The notes: generated by a model not told the origin, from the letters alone. Positions 49,601 to 58,467 are shown, counted from the first letter of the stretch. The stretch is 64,000 nt of DNA from Candidatus Poribacteria bacterium (GCA_036339735.1 JAYZAL010000087.1:11820-75819); one strand, 5' to 3'. Numbers and translations are program-made.

Positions 49601-52294
49601 TTGGCTTAATTCAGGTTCTAAGTTGTAAATAAAGGGTTGATCTGTCACACGGATCGGTCGATCATTCAGGTATATGTTGTACCCAACTATTTTTGGATCA
49701 GTAGATGCCTTCCATTCCACTCGTAATTGATACCCATCGTCTTCGGCAATATCTGTTACCTTTTTTATTACGATTGGTTTAGGGCGGATTCCATCTAGAG
49801 TAACTTTATCAGGCAAAGTAATCTGGACCAACGGCTGATTTGATGGTTCATAAAATACATGGACAGCCACATCGGATAAGTCGTCAGTTGCTTTTACCGT
49901 GTAAGTGCCCCGAAGTAATCCATTTTGATTTCTCAATGGATATCGATCTATTTGGTGCCCCAATTGGAAGTAGCCACTACCGATAGCTTGTAGGTTTTGG
50001 TCCGTCTGGTAAAGTTTCATAGTTACCACCAAAGTTTGCCCGAACCTTAATGGCTGGTCAGCATTATGTTGAACTAACTCTATCTTGGGAGCATTACCAA
50101 TGATGATTACTTTTTGCGGGTGTTCTCGAACAAACGTATTGCCTGCGGTGTCAATGCTACGAGCTATGACGATACCATCCATCACTTGATGTGTTTTTAG
50201 TACCGATAGTATTCCAATTTTGGACTGTCCAGAACTCAATTCCTGTTTTTGTAATGGAAATCTCAGTTGAACTTGGCCAGTTTCAGCTGATTGGATTTCA
50301 ATAAAAACCTGATCTGTAGGGTCAAAGTCACCGATTACTTGAACTGTCAAACGATCACCGGCTGATAGCACGCCGGAACCGTTGTGCTGAATACTCTCGA
50401 TATATGGTGCTACAGTATCAATCTGGATTGGTCGTGGCAGGTCGACTACGACAGCTAAACCTATTTGAGGTTTCCAAGTCACTCGAACAAATGCCGAGGT
50501 GACGTCTTCACCTAGTTGTGGTGTGTAAGTTCCAATATAGGTATTATCGCTTAGCATCATAGACCTTTTGGCTAAACGTTCTGGGAATACTGAAGGTGAA
50601 AATTCCCCTATTAGTTCAAATTGGGGGGGGGTGAGAGCTGTAATCTGTCCGGTTGGTAAGTCCATCAATACAGTTAAGGTTTCACCTAAGGCTAATTCTC
50701 CTTCAGCACTGTGAGATATGGATTTGATTAGATTAGTAGTCAACTGGTAACTAGCAGTTCCAGAAGGGAAAAAAGGGGAAACTCGAATGAAATACTTACT
50801 GTTTGAGACTGGAACTGAAAGCTGTCTTGTCTCGTCAGTAATAGACGAAACAGAATAGAATTGATTTTGTCCAAGCACTTGCTGAACAGAGTCATACACT
50901 TCAACTTGGATCCAGCCAGCTTTTAGTGTTGTTTGTAAGTCGACAACTAGAAACGACTGTTTTGTTCTGCTTGGAATAATACTCTGGCTAAGATCTACCC
51001 GAAACCAATCCACATCATTCTGGCTATCCCAGTGGGTACCTGAAAGTGGATTACCTAACGTAAGCTGTGTCGCCTGCTGTGAGTTTACAAAGGGTGATAC
51101 ATTATTAGGCTCAATCTCAATGTCCATGTTGGGATCAAGCTCAGCTAAAGAAACATTTACGAAATAAGGAGAATCAACTGTGTCACTACTGAGTGTAATA
51201 TTGCTGTTGTCGACGACTAGAAAATATTCACCAGGTACTAAGGGAAATAAAAGTTCTGGGCTCGGATTTTCAGTAACATTGACCGTAATCTGGCCTACTT
51301 TTCGGTTGTTAATATCATCAGTAATTAGTGGGGATCGGTAAATATCAATAGTGGTGGGACCTACCACAAGCGGGCGGATTATGCTTAATGTCAGGCTTTG
51401 ATTTTTGTTGACGTATAACCGAAACCAATCTTGGTCTCCTTCGTGGTTTTTGTCACCAATAATGGTCAACGGGTTATCAATCGTAGGATTTATCCGATTC
51501 GCTCTTATATAGGAATCATTATTCTCTGCATCCCAAGCGAAATCAGTACCAAGTTCGTTTGCTGAAACAGTCAAAAAGTACGATCGATGGTTAGCATCGA
51601 CGGATTCAGGAACTACTTTCAGATAATATCGGGTTTCACCTGTTAATCTCCTTCGATTTAGACCAACTGTACCAACAACGAATTGACTATTGATATCACT
51701 GATTCGCGCGGTGTGAACCAAGTTTTCTTCTGATACCTGTTCTTGATAGATCAGTAAGTTCGTAGCTCCAGTTCCACCTTCTCGATTAAGTGTGAAGGTT
51801 AATAGACCATTTTGAGTAGTCAGAGAGTATTGGAACCAATCAACATCATTTTTGTCTAAACTTACACCTCGGATAGTTCGGTTGAATAAAACTGGGTTAG
51901 CTTCGGTTTGTCGATTGTTGAACTCCAGCTCTGCTTGAAAATCCAACTGCACTCTGAAACTTCTAACAACTGGAGTTGGGTCCTTTTTACCATCTACAGT
52001 AATCGCTGAGACTGATAGGTTGTAAGTATCATCGGTCAAATCCCTAAATGTTACATGGTTACTTTGAGTAAAATTACTCTGGCCATTCAGTGTGTAGTCA
52101 AAACCTAAAATCTGCTGGCTGGGTGCTGTCCCCATCCACCAAAAGGTTGGGTTCTGATAACCAATATCACCGTCAGGGCCACTAATAATCTCAGTTTCAA
52201 CAGCTAAATCTGAATGTGCTAGATTTGTGACAAGAAATGAGATCAATAGTGAGAATACTACACCGACTAAGGTTTGGGCTTGTTTCAAGTTCAT
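40601..52294 (-). CDS. Giant (3897 aa) secreted repetitive protein with FN3-like, PPC-like and Ig-like modules and a C-terminal YPNP/FlgD-Ig-like domain
   Basis: Signal peptide; eight DxxxDxG...W FN3-like repeats; several ExEPN/DxDWF modules; two DDG...DGVYT motifs; ends VVVYPNPF...WDGLND...SGLYIY...IMVIR. Confidence 0.85.
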   Translation of the reverse strand: MNLKQAQTLVGVVFSLLISFLVTNLAHSDLAVETEIISGPDGDIGYQNPTFWWMGTAPSQQILGFDYTLNGQSNFTQSNHVTFRDLTDDTYNLSVSAITVDGKKDPTPVVRSFRVQLDFQAELEFNNRQTEANPVLFNRTIRGVSLDKNDVDWFQYSLTTQNGLLTFTLNREGGTGATNLLIYQEQVSEENLVHTARISDINSQFVVGTVGLNRRRLTGETRYYLKVVPESVDANHRSYFLTVSANELGTDFAWDAENNDSYIRANRINPTIDNPLTIIGDKNHEGDQDWFRLYVNKNQSLTLSIIRPLVVGPTTIDIYRSPLITDDINNRKVGQITVNVTENPSPELLFPLVPGEYFLVVDNSNITLSSDTVDSPYFVNVSLAELDPNMDIEIEPNNVSPFVNSQQATQLTLGNPLSGTHWDSQNDVDWFRVDLSQSIIPSRTKQSFLVVDLQTTLKAGWIQVEVYDSVQQVLGQNQFYSVSSITDETRQLSVPVSNSKYFIRVSPFFPSGTASYQLTTNLIKSISHSAEGELALGETLTVLMDLPTGQITALTPPQFELIGEFSPSVFPERLAKRSMMLSDNTYIGTYTPQLGEDVTSAFVRVTWKPQIGLAVVVDLPRPIQIDTVAPYIESIQHNGSGVLSAGDRLTVQVIGDFDPTDQVFIEIQSAETGQVQLRFPLQKQELSSGQSKIGILSVLKTHQVMDGIVIARSIDTAGNTFVREHPQKVIIIGNAPKIELVQHNADQPLRFGQTLVVTMKLYQTDQNLQAIGSGYFQLGHQIDRYPLRNQNGLLRGTYTVKATDDLSDVAVHVFYEPSNQPLVQITLPDKVTLDGIRPKPIVIKKVTDIAEDDGYQLRVEWKASTDPKIVGYNIYLNDRPIRVTDQPFIYNLEPELSQKTIQVDQNGIPYYIAVTAVTQVGNESEIDLGSLSKPTIAFDNLPPSPVAIVSAVDTIDDFGGSVTISWTQPSRADDFSYYQVHRSITPPETGKKKPEHLSIKVPHPYVTSVEMPTIDDMLDHYFFVTAVDFAGNESHVIPQSISEPTQSHSNLAKQPETINEIEWITTALGPIRQDNLTFRWFSAEQTFTYYQLDGGRLQPTTANELTLTGLTVGQHQLALLSGDQEQKVIRKFNVYRSPLSEREPNDSLLQADVLPFGWQVHGNLTNQEIDIYRLEVVESGLIDLHWSSSNSDIDIELKQFDTTIARANSSEGKFSLGLDVGSYFILCEGIANTSYSLASQFSLTNNWEFESNELSGTLPLVGTLPSSTVFGALNSSQDNDRYRVVLPTDGILVVNYISQTENETPVDISIQRFGTTTHPLLPRDEGVDYFSANRRFFIYDLRKGVYQVSISATSEILSSYQLLATLLQKAEYQINYSKAENQLTIGDQLNVIVEPVIVDGITPPFQQASYNIPLITERWSNAGPAEYLPEGLQANQAEIFIRLSTPHPIFFPLSQKIHIDTTNAPIAGLSHSGKDTLIVGQKLYISVISQSKPKLQIQEKDSNKILISSERFISDKKTEPLDNGDKNYSFTLTVKVGDRVEVGKLVATVEKSNGTTVRKNADQPIRIDGVLPIPITNPSSQDIAGDEGKKIRLAWTPPLGGFSHYNIYRSSSPANIGQLILEKAVVSNQSETSVETVVETERNQVPFYFTVATVDDSGNQNPVQFPAVSSINNQPDITIISDEILLESEPNQTFSNATPLPINRLIHGFIGDINGNDEIDYYKLKVPQDGQLAIELVAGANLPKKQSAIISLRNNADNLIEADTSAIRNTGEQTTYIQSYNLSEDSYLIEVNSQAEINYTLSTFLVKSVTVNISQNSSTNRQLKMGDEIHLKVQTYSQMPRQIEVAQVKSSSLVLTDNLSTVVTSSGYNQPSFEYQTTFSIGNFGQPTTDVRVVIELINTKGETGRLIVSDPYPDGHLSIDVIPPQILTAKHSAVRPDGSLRQIITGEELEVSLTGESNNRAFITLQKINDLAQSETVMIQMDERSSNDLTKQFSIYEGSIRIPEPEIWRSLQPVELIVTLIDSAGNKSSKNVYPLFTPKNTRTKNTGTIKHDALTTLKIADMVTIVVDIPTENKINLAIVDPYTNQILVDRNRFIRKYSSQHTYQLKIQTGDNFQSGLVTAYLVQPLSGFPSTLTSTQPIAADTIAPLPVSALEAVDIPDDNGSWVVVSWPRLTQNQRASTDKYKIYLSQVPIQSFGGRIPVDLFAFSINHNSISASAEIKNSVLVKLEKTDVDYHIGVTVVDLAGNESNIVTTTGRAVDNRIPPAITIISAEDTPFDNGGLITLDWEPTQITDFLAYRVYHSSFPITDLSGLPVTLVVTNLNLSSVEVQTSGDTRPNFYAVTVLDQSGNQSLLEKESVAGPVQSINNMVSYTSPAQDNHVISLVSSPLGVLRQNSATFRFMPNWSIQPDQPTPTIYYRLDQNPYQPITSYQLTVHNLSPGQHTFSIKTDGVLVPGLQSVRQHTFLVRPTLISEIEPNDTVNHANNLTQQAMVQGGNHSANDLDWFCLVLSTQATDISDHNFDLYFHRPMGTGETQLDLFSTDMQLLAQVRSRPENQQKVHLFAKTKDQSLFLRIRAENESPNSDYQLSLSTSRWHANAITQEFTSSVQTNQPLLSNNEGTLALFGQTFVGEKYMLNLVGPVRFSLSSLIEPDNSKLNLKIFAGPNSAENRFANQQNNQIGLLQFPKDQQWINLSEGSYTLIVSPILEESSNMDHLSNYQILVESGKNVRFTEKEPNNTMNLATLIPDLDQMILGLHSDERDWYRFNLSQTNGWLCIAKPEEVNNSVSLSLTNLDGKARPIQVGEATRTYGNQVWMKVEMLPSNHGVDRYNLLPMFIQSVSHNAENRILGGPSGEKTNLVVRLQLVPQSAEQLTTANFKITAPSISSPIAHPLVDQGEGLFIGRMEIPQYLHLPQGQLVIEMMSQQPINDQQFLNFRGQLTINEPINIDTVPPTIISVEHDAVTVGGLSQPIGLRQTVEIRLIGSGGNHAKFQIRQKSNGSILAQGIMKEISDSADSKDQAHTYIGHYTIESSTIQTDTQNTQVIGVLSDLAGNTAQLQSLIPLVVDTRSPNIDSLSYRIQRLGQEVPTSSTLLPGDQLIVTLVGETDCQASCLVGERKFDLYDDGTHGDIQSNDGVYTAICLITEADFVSETTTMNGFLTDRAGNTDNRFADRPITIDTKPPEIEYIQHNATKALIMGDQLIVYLKGELSCSASFDVGQLKGNIMVDDGSGKDQKAHDGVYTGQYSVENDLNIEIRAAVVIGHLVDSGGNTQTIQSSQPVTIDAVPPRIVTDVRAIDVPKDQGNVIEVSWNVAEESDFSRYQVYRETAPIRSTLGLIPIPTPLLDLKQNLTRISAPRNSFDYYIAVTAVDIAGNESEVSTSQLKESTFGPVQAIDNLAPPAVVGVQAKDRPDDNGKTILVQWQPLPQESMGNEVNSEYKSDFQAYHIYRYTSRPVLQQTQPGLAEELAPNLAGTIVDPNIYQVTVDVPKNRVNYYVSVVAIDENGNRSSVVDSSLAGPVQAIDQIAPPPVIGVQVSDTPSDSGMAVTVSWEFPESNVQDEIDHYLILLSEQQPTIDDINFMNSGATPLVEPIKVRADKFSQLPKSLKPSQKVTIPQSGLTVYAAVVAVDEGGNQSKLGVSSIAGPVRAVSNYVYPQIETTIQAGFAPKTKLVLPPAVIGSEITTVDILEPTNSLLSIQIEEANFYLGTANIEPTHDDELKPTIRQIDGQVERLSKSAKLTIGFSAESIPASVVPNLRIFRLNPYGKLTLWDLVPGKQTIDIENQTVTANISQLTVFRIAHLRLPTNLDQVVVYPNPFVPSQSINQQVTFLKLTENATVNLYTLDGERVRTKLESTTGRAVWDGLNDAGAEVISGLYIYHIEGEGVQKVGQIMVIR

Positions 52295-52622
52295 GGATCA
52301 AATCAGGTATTGAAATCGGCCTAATTGTAGCCAACCTCTTGCTGGATGTCAATCGAAGACAAGTAACACACTGCTTATCTTCAACATCCAATAATAATTC
52401 CATCCTGATTGGCTGGAGTAAGAATTTAAGCACAACCAATTCACTATAGATTCTAAAGTGAAAAAGCAGAACAAATCTTTTGACCATCAATTGATCTTGG
52501 GAAAAATTTTAGTCAAAGATCAATCGAATTTGTATAATGAATCTTGCTCTCTGGTAATACCGGTCCTTGAAATACACCACCAAATAAAATTTTCATTCTG
52601 TTTTATGGAAAAATTGCAAAAT

Positions 52623-55121
52623 CTAATGTGGTACTCCCAGGTCATGCATTCTTTGGTGTAAGACTCGGATTGCTTCCTGAAACGGACGTTCTAGAAATTC
52701 TAGATGGTCTTCTTCACCATGATGATGTGTGGTTTGGCGTGGGTCATAGTGACGGACCGTATTCCGAATGTAGGAAAGGCTACCTTCGGCTAGAGTAATC
52801 ATGTAGTTAGCAGTTTCTAAATCGAACATCCACCATTCACCACCAACGGCAATATAAATCGGTGAGGTGTGAGCAATGATACCTCGGCTCCAGCCATCGT
52901 AATGTGGGATAGCTTGTGGATAGTTGGGGCCACCACAACGAGCAATAATCCAGGAATGTCGGTCACAGTTGATGCTGCAGTTTAGGGTTAGCGATTTCTG
53001 GCCATTTAAGTCTTCAATACGATCAATGACTTCTCCATTCCTGACAATTTCTAGACTATGGACAGGGAAAATTGATTGGCAACTAGCTGAAATTTCAATT
53101 GTTCCACCATTTCCCTTCAAGTTGATAGTTGAACCAATAGGTTCCCCATTAACCGACAGTCGAATTATCGGTCCCCCACTAAGAAAAGTATTACCGGCTT
53201 TCAGATATTTACACCAATTATGATAATTAAACTCCTCTTCTTCGGGGATATAGACATAGGTTCGATACAAACCTACAGGTACATCGCTGCTCATTTTGTC
53301 GGTTCCACCGACTAGGGGCAATTTGTAACCGCAGTTAAGGTAGCGGTAATATTCAATGTGTCCGTATTCAGCGTTGGTCAAGTATTCAACTGCATCGACC
53401 CGATTAGTAGCAATCAAAGTTGATGGCTCCCCATTAGGATTGGGTATATGCGGCAAGATGACTGTTCCACCTTGTGCATGGCAAGCATCGGCCCAGTGGG
53501 ACAATGTAGTTTCCAAGTTACCTGCATGTTCTGCTTCGTTAGACCCACCTGAGCACCACGGGTTGACAGCTTCTTTTAAGCCTAGCAAAGTCAAATGTCC
53601 CAAGACGTGCTGTCGATTTTCTTGGGTGGCGTAGACTATGCTTTTACCATTATGGGCGATCGATGGTTTGCCGATAAACTCTTCGGTATTGGTAAACAAA
53701 TGACCCCATTGGGATAATAAAAGGTTAACAACATCCAAATCTTCTCCTTGAGCTTCAGTATGGGCTCCTTGAGTAGACAAAAAATGTACATGAGTATCTC
53801 CAGAAAAATAACGTTCTGCCTTCATATCACACCAGCGAGTAAGCCGTAATTCTAATTCCCTCTGGTTAGGTTTAATATCAACCTTAGTTCTGAGTGGCTG
53901 ATACTCAAACCCTCTGGCCACGTCGACGATTACCTCGCCTCTAGGTAGCCAGCCTTGACATTTACCATCGATATAGGCATAGGTCAATTGCCCTAGCCGT
54001 ACATCTCCACCAACGTCGATGTGCCAAGTACCCATGTCTGAATTCACGTGTCCATGATGCCCGTGAGGAGCATAGGGTACACCATTAATTGATCGGAAAT
54101 GAACTCGGCATGGAATAGGTTGATTAGTTTGGTCATCAATTACTGTGGTGTGTACCCAGTTGCGACCACCATCAATAATTTTAACCTGAAGTTGTTTGTT
54201 AGGTTGTATTGACTCCTGTTGTTCTAATTGTCCCCATTTGACTTGTCCCAGTTCTTGACCATGATTTTTGATTTTGACTGTCGCTGAAGGAGTAGCCGAA
54301 ATTTCGACATAGCTTGGGCTTGATTGTAAGTTTCGTGGCTCTCCCCAGCCCTTCTGGTAACTGTTCAGATCTTGATCGATTGAGCGATTGGGTAGAGGAT
54401 ACGGATAGGTAACTAGACCACGGTCAACCTCAACTTCTAACCCAAATGGTTTCTCAGCTTCATTGTTTTCGGATAAGGTAATCATGACCTCACGACGTCC
54501 TTGACGAGCAATTGGATCCTCGTTCAGAAACCCAAGGGTAATTCCAGCTATGAGGAACTCACGGTCAAAAGGTGTTATCTCCATAGCACTTACCAAGTCT
54601 TGTGGCCGTGGGTTTTTCCAGATCCACAAAGTATAGTCTCTAGGATTACCCGCATTGGTTTCTGTCTGTCGATTACCTGCGTTACCCCAGTGGCCTCGAT
54701 ATCGGTCAAATAGGCTGTCTTCTTGGTCGGGGTAGGAGTTGAAGTTATTTTGCCCCCAAGCTGTTGGTATTGCGGAAATCTCGAACCGTTCACGAATTGG
54801 CACTTCGACTGAATTTCCATTTCGATAGTGGAAAACATAATTGGCGATTTGCCGACCAACTTGGTCCCCTGTCATCAATTTCGAGTCTAGCAAACGATGT
54901 GCGACTATAAGTCGATGAATGATGACATCACTAAGCATAATAGAGATGGGTTGAGTCGCTGGTTTAAAAGTAATAAAGCAATTTTGTTGATTATCCCCAA
55001 TGTGAAAAGGTAATCCATGATAACACTGGGCACCCAATGCTGGCTCTGATGGTACTCCTTTGAGCTTGTCAGTACCAGAATTGTAATACAGGTTCAAATC
55101 CATCGGTTGATAGTCTGTCAT
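52623..55121 (-). CDS. CehA/McbA-family PHP-like metallohydrolase
   Basis: ARGFEY, FSGDTHVH, QENRQHVLGH, LNCGYKLPLVGGTD, AHTSPIY. Confidence 0.78.
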   Translation of the reverse strand: MTDYQPMDLNLYYNSGTDKLKGVPSEPALGAQCYHGLPFHIGDNQQNCFITFKPATQPISIMLSDVIIHRLIVAHRLLDSKLMTGDQVGRQIANYVFHYRNGNSVEVPIRERFEISAIPTAWGQNNFNSYPDQEDSLFDRYRGHWGNAGNRQTETNAGNPRDYTLWIWKNPRPQDLVSAMEITPFDREFLIAGITLGFLNEDPIARQGRREVMITLSENNEAEKPFGLEVEVDRGLVTYPYPLPNRSIDQDLNSYQKGWGEPRNLQSSPSYVEISATPSATVKIKNHGQELGQVKWGQLEQQESIQPNKQLQVKIIDGGRNWVHTTVIDDQTNQPIPCRVHFRSINGVPYAPHGHHGHVNSDMGTWHIDVGGDVRLGQLTYAYIDGKCQGWLPRGEVIVDVARGFEYQPLRTKVDIKPNQRELELRLTRWCDMKAERYFSGDTHVHFLSTQGAHTEAQGEDLDVVNLLLSQWGHLFTNTEEFIGKPSIAHNGKSIVYATQENRQHVLGHLTLLGLKEAVNPWCSGGSNEAEHAGNLETTLSHWADACHAQGGTVILPHIPNPNGEPSTLIATNRVDAVEYLTNAEYGHIEYYRYLNCGYKLPLVGGTDKMSSDVPVGLYRTYVYIPEEEEFNYHNWCKYLKAGNTFLSGGPIIRLSVNGEPIGSTINLKGNGGTIEISASCQSIFPVHSLEIVRNGEVIDRIEDLNGQKSLTLNCSINCDRHSWIIARCGGPNYPQAIPHYDGWSRGIIAHTSPIYIAVGGEWWMFDLETANYMITLAEGSLSYIRNTVRHYDPRQTTHHHGEEDHLEFLERPFQEAIRVLHQRMHDLGVPH

Positions 55122-55290
55122 CAAGCTTTTCCTAAATCGTTTTTTTTACTTAGGTTTTCATTAAGATAGCAAAATTAACCTATACGTACAACGATTTTCA
55201 GTTTTTTCCGGTGCCTATTTTTTTGAACACTAGTGGCTTTTGCTAAAATTGATTTACCAAAGGGGATAGATGTACAGCTTAACTGCCTCG

Positions 55291-55314
55291 TGTTAGTGTT
55301 AGTGTTAGTGTTAG
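55291..55314. repeat. Hexanucleotide microsatellite (TGTTAG)x4
   Basis: Read directly in the divergent intergenic region. Confidence 0.85.
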
Positions 55315-55657
55315 CGCGAAATGGACGCTGCATTGGTTGTTAATTTAAATAATCGATTGACCAAAAACGGCAAGTTATCATAGACTGGGTGGTCCAAAAT
55401 TTAAAAAGCGAATAGAAAACATCACGATCTCATGAGATCTAAATTCGTACTTTTTACCAATTGGTCGTTGGTCTGATGGTTTCTCAGCCGAATTAATTAA
55501 CTGTTTTGAATGTTTATTCCCAGAAAATTATCTACTTCCTATTAGAATATATGGGGAAAATTATTACCAAAACCTATGCACTATTTATTTTTATTTAGCA
55601 GGTTAGTAAAAACCTAATGCACGCTAAAATATAAGGGGATCGCGGTAGAACTTCACC

Positions 55658-56740
55658 GTGAAAAATTTTATGAGTCAAGAATTTCGAGTTGGGATCGTCG
55701 GTGCCGGTCGTGGGTCTTCGTATTTCTCACCATTTGCAGCCATAGCGGAAACAAAGGTGACAGCTATATGTGATATTAGCCCTAAAAATCTTGATCGGGT
55801 AGGCGATAATTATGGTATTGATTACCGATTCACTAATTATGAAGATTTATTGGAAGAGGTGGATATAGTCGTTTTGGCTACACCTGAAAATTTGCATGTT
55901 CCGCAATCGGTACAAGCTCTTAATGCGGGGAAACATGTGATTAGTGAAGTCACAGCGGCCGTTTCCTTGGATGAATGTCAGACCTTGGTTGATGCTGTCA
56001 ACAATAGCTCAGGTAAGTATATGATGGCCGAAAACTTGTGTTACCAAAAATCGAATCTACTAATTCGTAACATGGTTGAACAAGGTATATTTGGCGAAAT
56101 TTATTTTGGTGAAGGCGAATACGTACACGATGTCAAGTTTCTACATCATAACGACGAGGGGAATCCAACTTGGCGATTTCACTGGCAAGTTGGAATCAAC
56201 CGTTGTAACTATGCTACTCACAGCCTAGGACCAGTATTAGACTGGTTTGGTGAACGGGTGAAAAGTGTGAGTTGTTTAGGAACAGGTGTTCACACCGACC
56301 CGGAACACGCAATGGAAGATACCGTCTTGATGTTATGTAAGACCGAGAGTGACTGTTTAATTAAGATTCGTATTGATATGTTATCTACTCGGCCAGCTAA
56401 CAGTTTTTTCAGCCTTCAAGGAACCAAAGCCTGTTATGAAGGCACACGTGGATTCGGAGATCGACCAAAAATTTCTATTCAAGGTGCGGATTGGCAACCC
56501 TTATCTGATTTTGAAGCTGACTTTCTACCCGAATGTTGGTTAAATCCTTCGGCTGAAGCTCAAGTCGCTGGTGTGACTGCGGAGTACTTTGAACTACGCG
56601 ACTTTATCGACGCTTTATTAAATGGAACCGAGCCACCACTGAATGTCTATCGTGCTCTAGATTATACGGTACCAGGGTTGATTTCAGAAGAGTCAATTGC
56701 TAATGGAGGCCAACCAGTATTAGTTCCCGATTACCGGTAA
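55658..56740 (+). CDS. Gfo/Idh/MocA family oxidoreductase
   Basis: VGIVGAG, LATPENLH, GKHVISEV, MMAEN, GEGEYVH, YATHSLGP. Confidence 0.9.
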   Translation: MKNFMSQEFRVGIVGAGRGSSYFSPFAAIAETKVTAICDISPKNLDRVGDNYGIDYRFTNYEDLLEEVDIVVLATPENLHVPQSVQALNAGKHVISEVTAAVSLDECQTLVDAVNNSSGKYMMAENLCYQKSNLLIRNMVEQGIFGEIYFGEGEYVHDVKFLHHNDEGNPTWRFHWQVGINRCNYATHSLGPVLDWFGERVKSVSCLGTGVHTDPEHAMEDTVLMLCKTESDCLIKIRIDMLSTRPANSFFSLQGTKACYEGTRGFGDRPKISIQGADWQPLSDFEADFLPECWLNPSAEAQVAGVTAEYFELRDFIDALLNGTEPPLNVYRALDYTVPGLISEESIANGGQPVLVPDYR

Positions 56741-56746
56741 TCTAGC

Positions 56747-58354
56747 TTATTTCGCCATGGCTAATGTTTCTGAGATTGAATACGTTTGACCTTGAAATTG
56801 AACATCTGCACGACAGACATATATGCCAGTTGCGACTTTATTGCCATAGGCTACTCGGCCATTCCACCAGCCAAACCCAACCTGTGGGTAGGTATTATCT
56901 ACAACTCCCTCTAGTAAGCGAATAATTCGCCCATTACTGGCAAGAACTGTGTATCGAATGTTATCGATAGGCTGATTAGCAATTGTCTGGAAGGTGATCT
57001 GGTTATGACCAGCTAGAACTGGATTGGGATAAATTTTGATTTCCTCAAGTAGAAAAGCTGGACTAAAATCGACCACTTTTTCTACCGCCATGACACCAAA
57101 CTGGTTTGCTATGGCTACTTGTAAATGATTAGGTCCTGGTGATAGATGAACTTGAGCCGAAAAACTGGACTGTAAAAGGTCTGGTGTTAACCAGTCAGCA
57201 GGAGTCTGTATTCGATTTAAATTAGCTATAACATTGCCGGGTGAGATGATGATTTGTACAGGAAATGGGGTTCTCACTTGGCCTGAGATTGTGACAGGAT
57301 TGATTTTGGTCTGTACTATCGGGTTGAAGGTAATATGGAACCCTTCAACTGGTCTAGGGAATTCACCAGATTCCAGATTTTTGCTAACTAAGGAGTGACT
57401 CAATAAGCTATCAATGGTAACTAATGTCAATTGTGTTGTTTTTTCAATTAATCGAATATTGAGCTTGTCGACAGTATCCTGTTGGGTATGAAAAAAAGGA
57501 TTAGCATCATATCCTTTGCTGTCTCTCCAAGGAGTCGTACTCTCAATCAAAGTGACAGCTGGATAGCCTGCGGCCCAAAAGGGTTGATGGTCGCTATCTA
57601 CAAACATCGGATCAACAACTATATCTAGCAGAAAACCTAAATCGTACCACTGGTTGCTAATCTGAAAGGCTTTGGATAACCAATGAGATGACTGATCCAC
57701 AGCGATTTGAAGTAAATTAGTCTTCCAGTTATAACCAATCATATCTAAATTAATGACGGCTGCAATCGACTCACCTTTTTTAACTGCCTGACGGGCGTGG
57801 TATCTGCTACCAATCAAACCGATTTCCTCGCCATCGAAAGCTACAAATCTCAGATGGTGTTCGTACTCATAAACAGATAAAATTCGAGCGATTTCTAGCA
57901 TACTACTGATACCACTTGCATTATCGTTAGCGCCCGGTGCTTTGGACAGTAAAGGGTGCCAGTCAGAAGACAGGTTGGCCTTGGAATCGTAATGAGCAGA
58001 AATAATGAAAATACGATTACCGGAAGAATTAGAATCAGATCGGGCTGGCAGATCGGCAACTATATTCTTCAGACCACTGAAATTCTCTTCTCGGACATGT
58101 AAACGTGGTGATTGACGAAAGGTGTTGGCAATGATTTTAGCAGCGTTGTCAGCAGCTGGTCGATGATAAGAACTACGAGTGTAGTAGGGGATCCCAGTTT
58201 TTAGATCAATGTTTTCCTGCAGAGCGATGATCAGTGTCCGAATTTGGTCGAATTGAACCTGAGGAAGAAGCCTATCACCTCTTCCTGCCAATATAGGAAG
58301 GACAATAATGAAAAACAGGGACACAGAGGCGACCCATCGATGGAACCGACCCAA
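56747..58354 (-). CDS. Secreted M28 family peptidase with C-terminal YPNP domain
   Basis: SAHYDS, GANDNASG, DGEEIGLIGS, NLDMIG, SDHQPF, FHTQQDT; C-terminal IKIYPNPV...WNGR...GIYV. Confidence 0.88.
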   Translation of the reverse strand: MGRFHRWVASVSLFFIIVLPILAGRGDRLLPQVQFDQIRTLIIALQENIDLKTGIPYYTRSSYHRPAADNAAKIIANTFRQSPRLHVREENFSGLKNIVADLPARSDSNSSGNRIFIISAHYDSKANLSSDWHPLLSKAPGANDNASGISSMLEIARILSVYEYEHHLRFVAFDGEEIGLIGSRYHARQAVKKGESIAAVINLDMIGYNWKTNLLQIAVDQSSHWLSKAFQISNQWYDLGFLLDIVVDPMFVDSDHQPFWAAGYPAVTLIESTTPWRDSKGYDANPFFHTQQDTVDKLNIRLIEKTTQLTLVTIDSLLSHSLVSKNLESGEFPRPVEGFHITFNPIVQTKINPVTISGQVRTPFPVQIIISPGNVIANLNRIQTPADWLTPDLLQSSFSAQVHLSPGPNHLQVAIANQFGVMAVEKVVDFSPAFLLEEIKIYPNPVLAGHNQITFQTIANQPIDNIRYTVLASNGRIIRLLEGVVDNTYPQVGFGWWNGRVAYGNKVATGIYVCRADVQFQGQTYSISETLAMAK

Positions 58355-58438
58355 ATTAGACCTCTAAGGCTTCGATTTAATCTATCACAGCAGAATTAGG
58401 AATGTCAATTTGGTATCATCTGTTGTTTAGCCTTTTAT

Positions 58439-58467
58439 TTGCTTTGCCAAATGCTGTCTTATATAAT
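58439..58467 (+). promoter_or_regulatory. Sigma70-type promoter of the redox lipoprotein operon
   Basis: TTGCTT-N17-TATAAT about 50 bp before ATG 58518. Confidence 0.5.
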
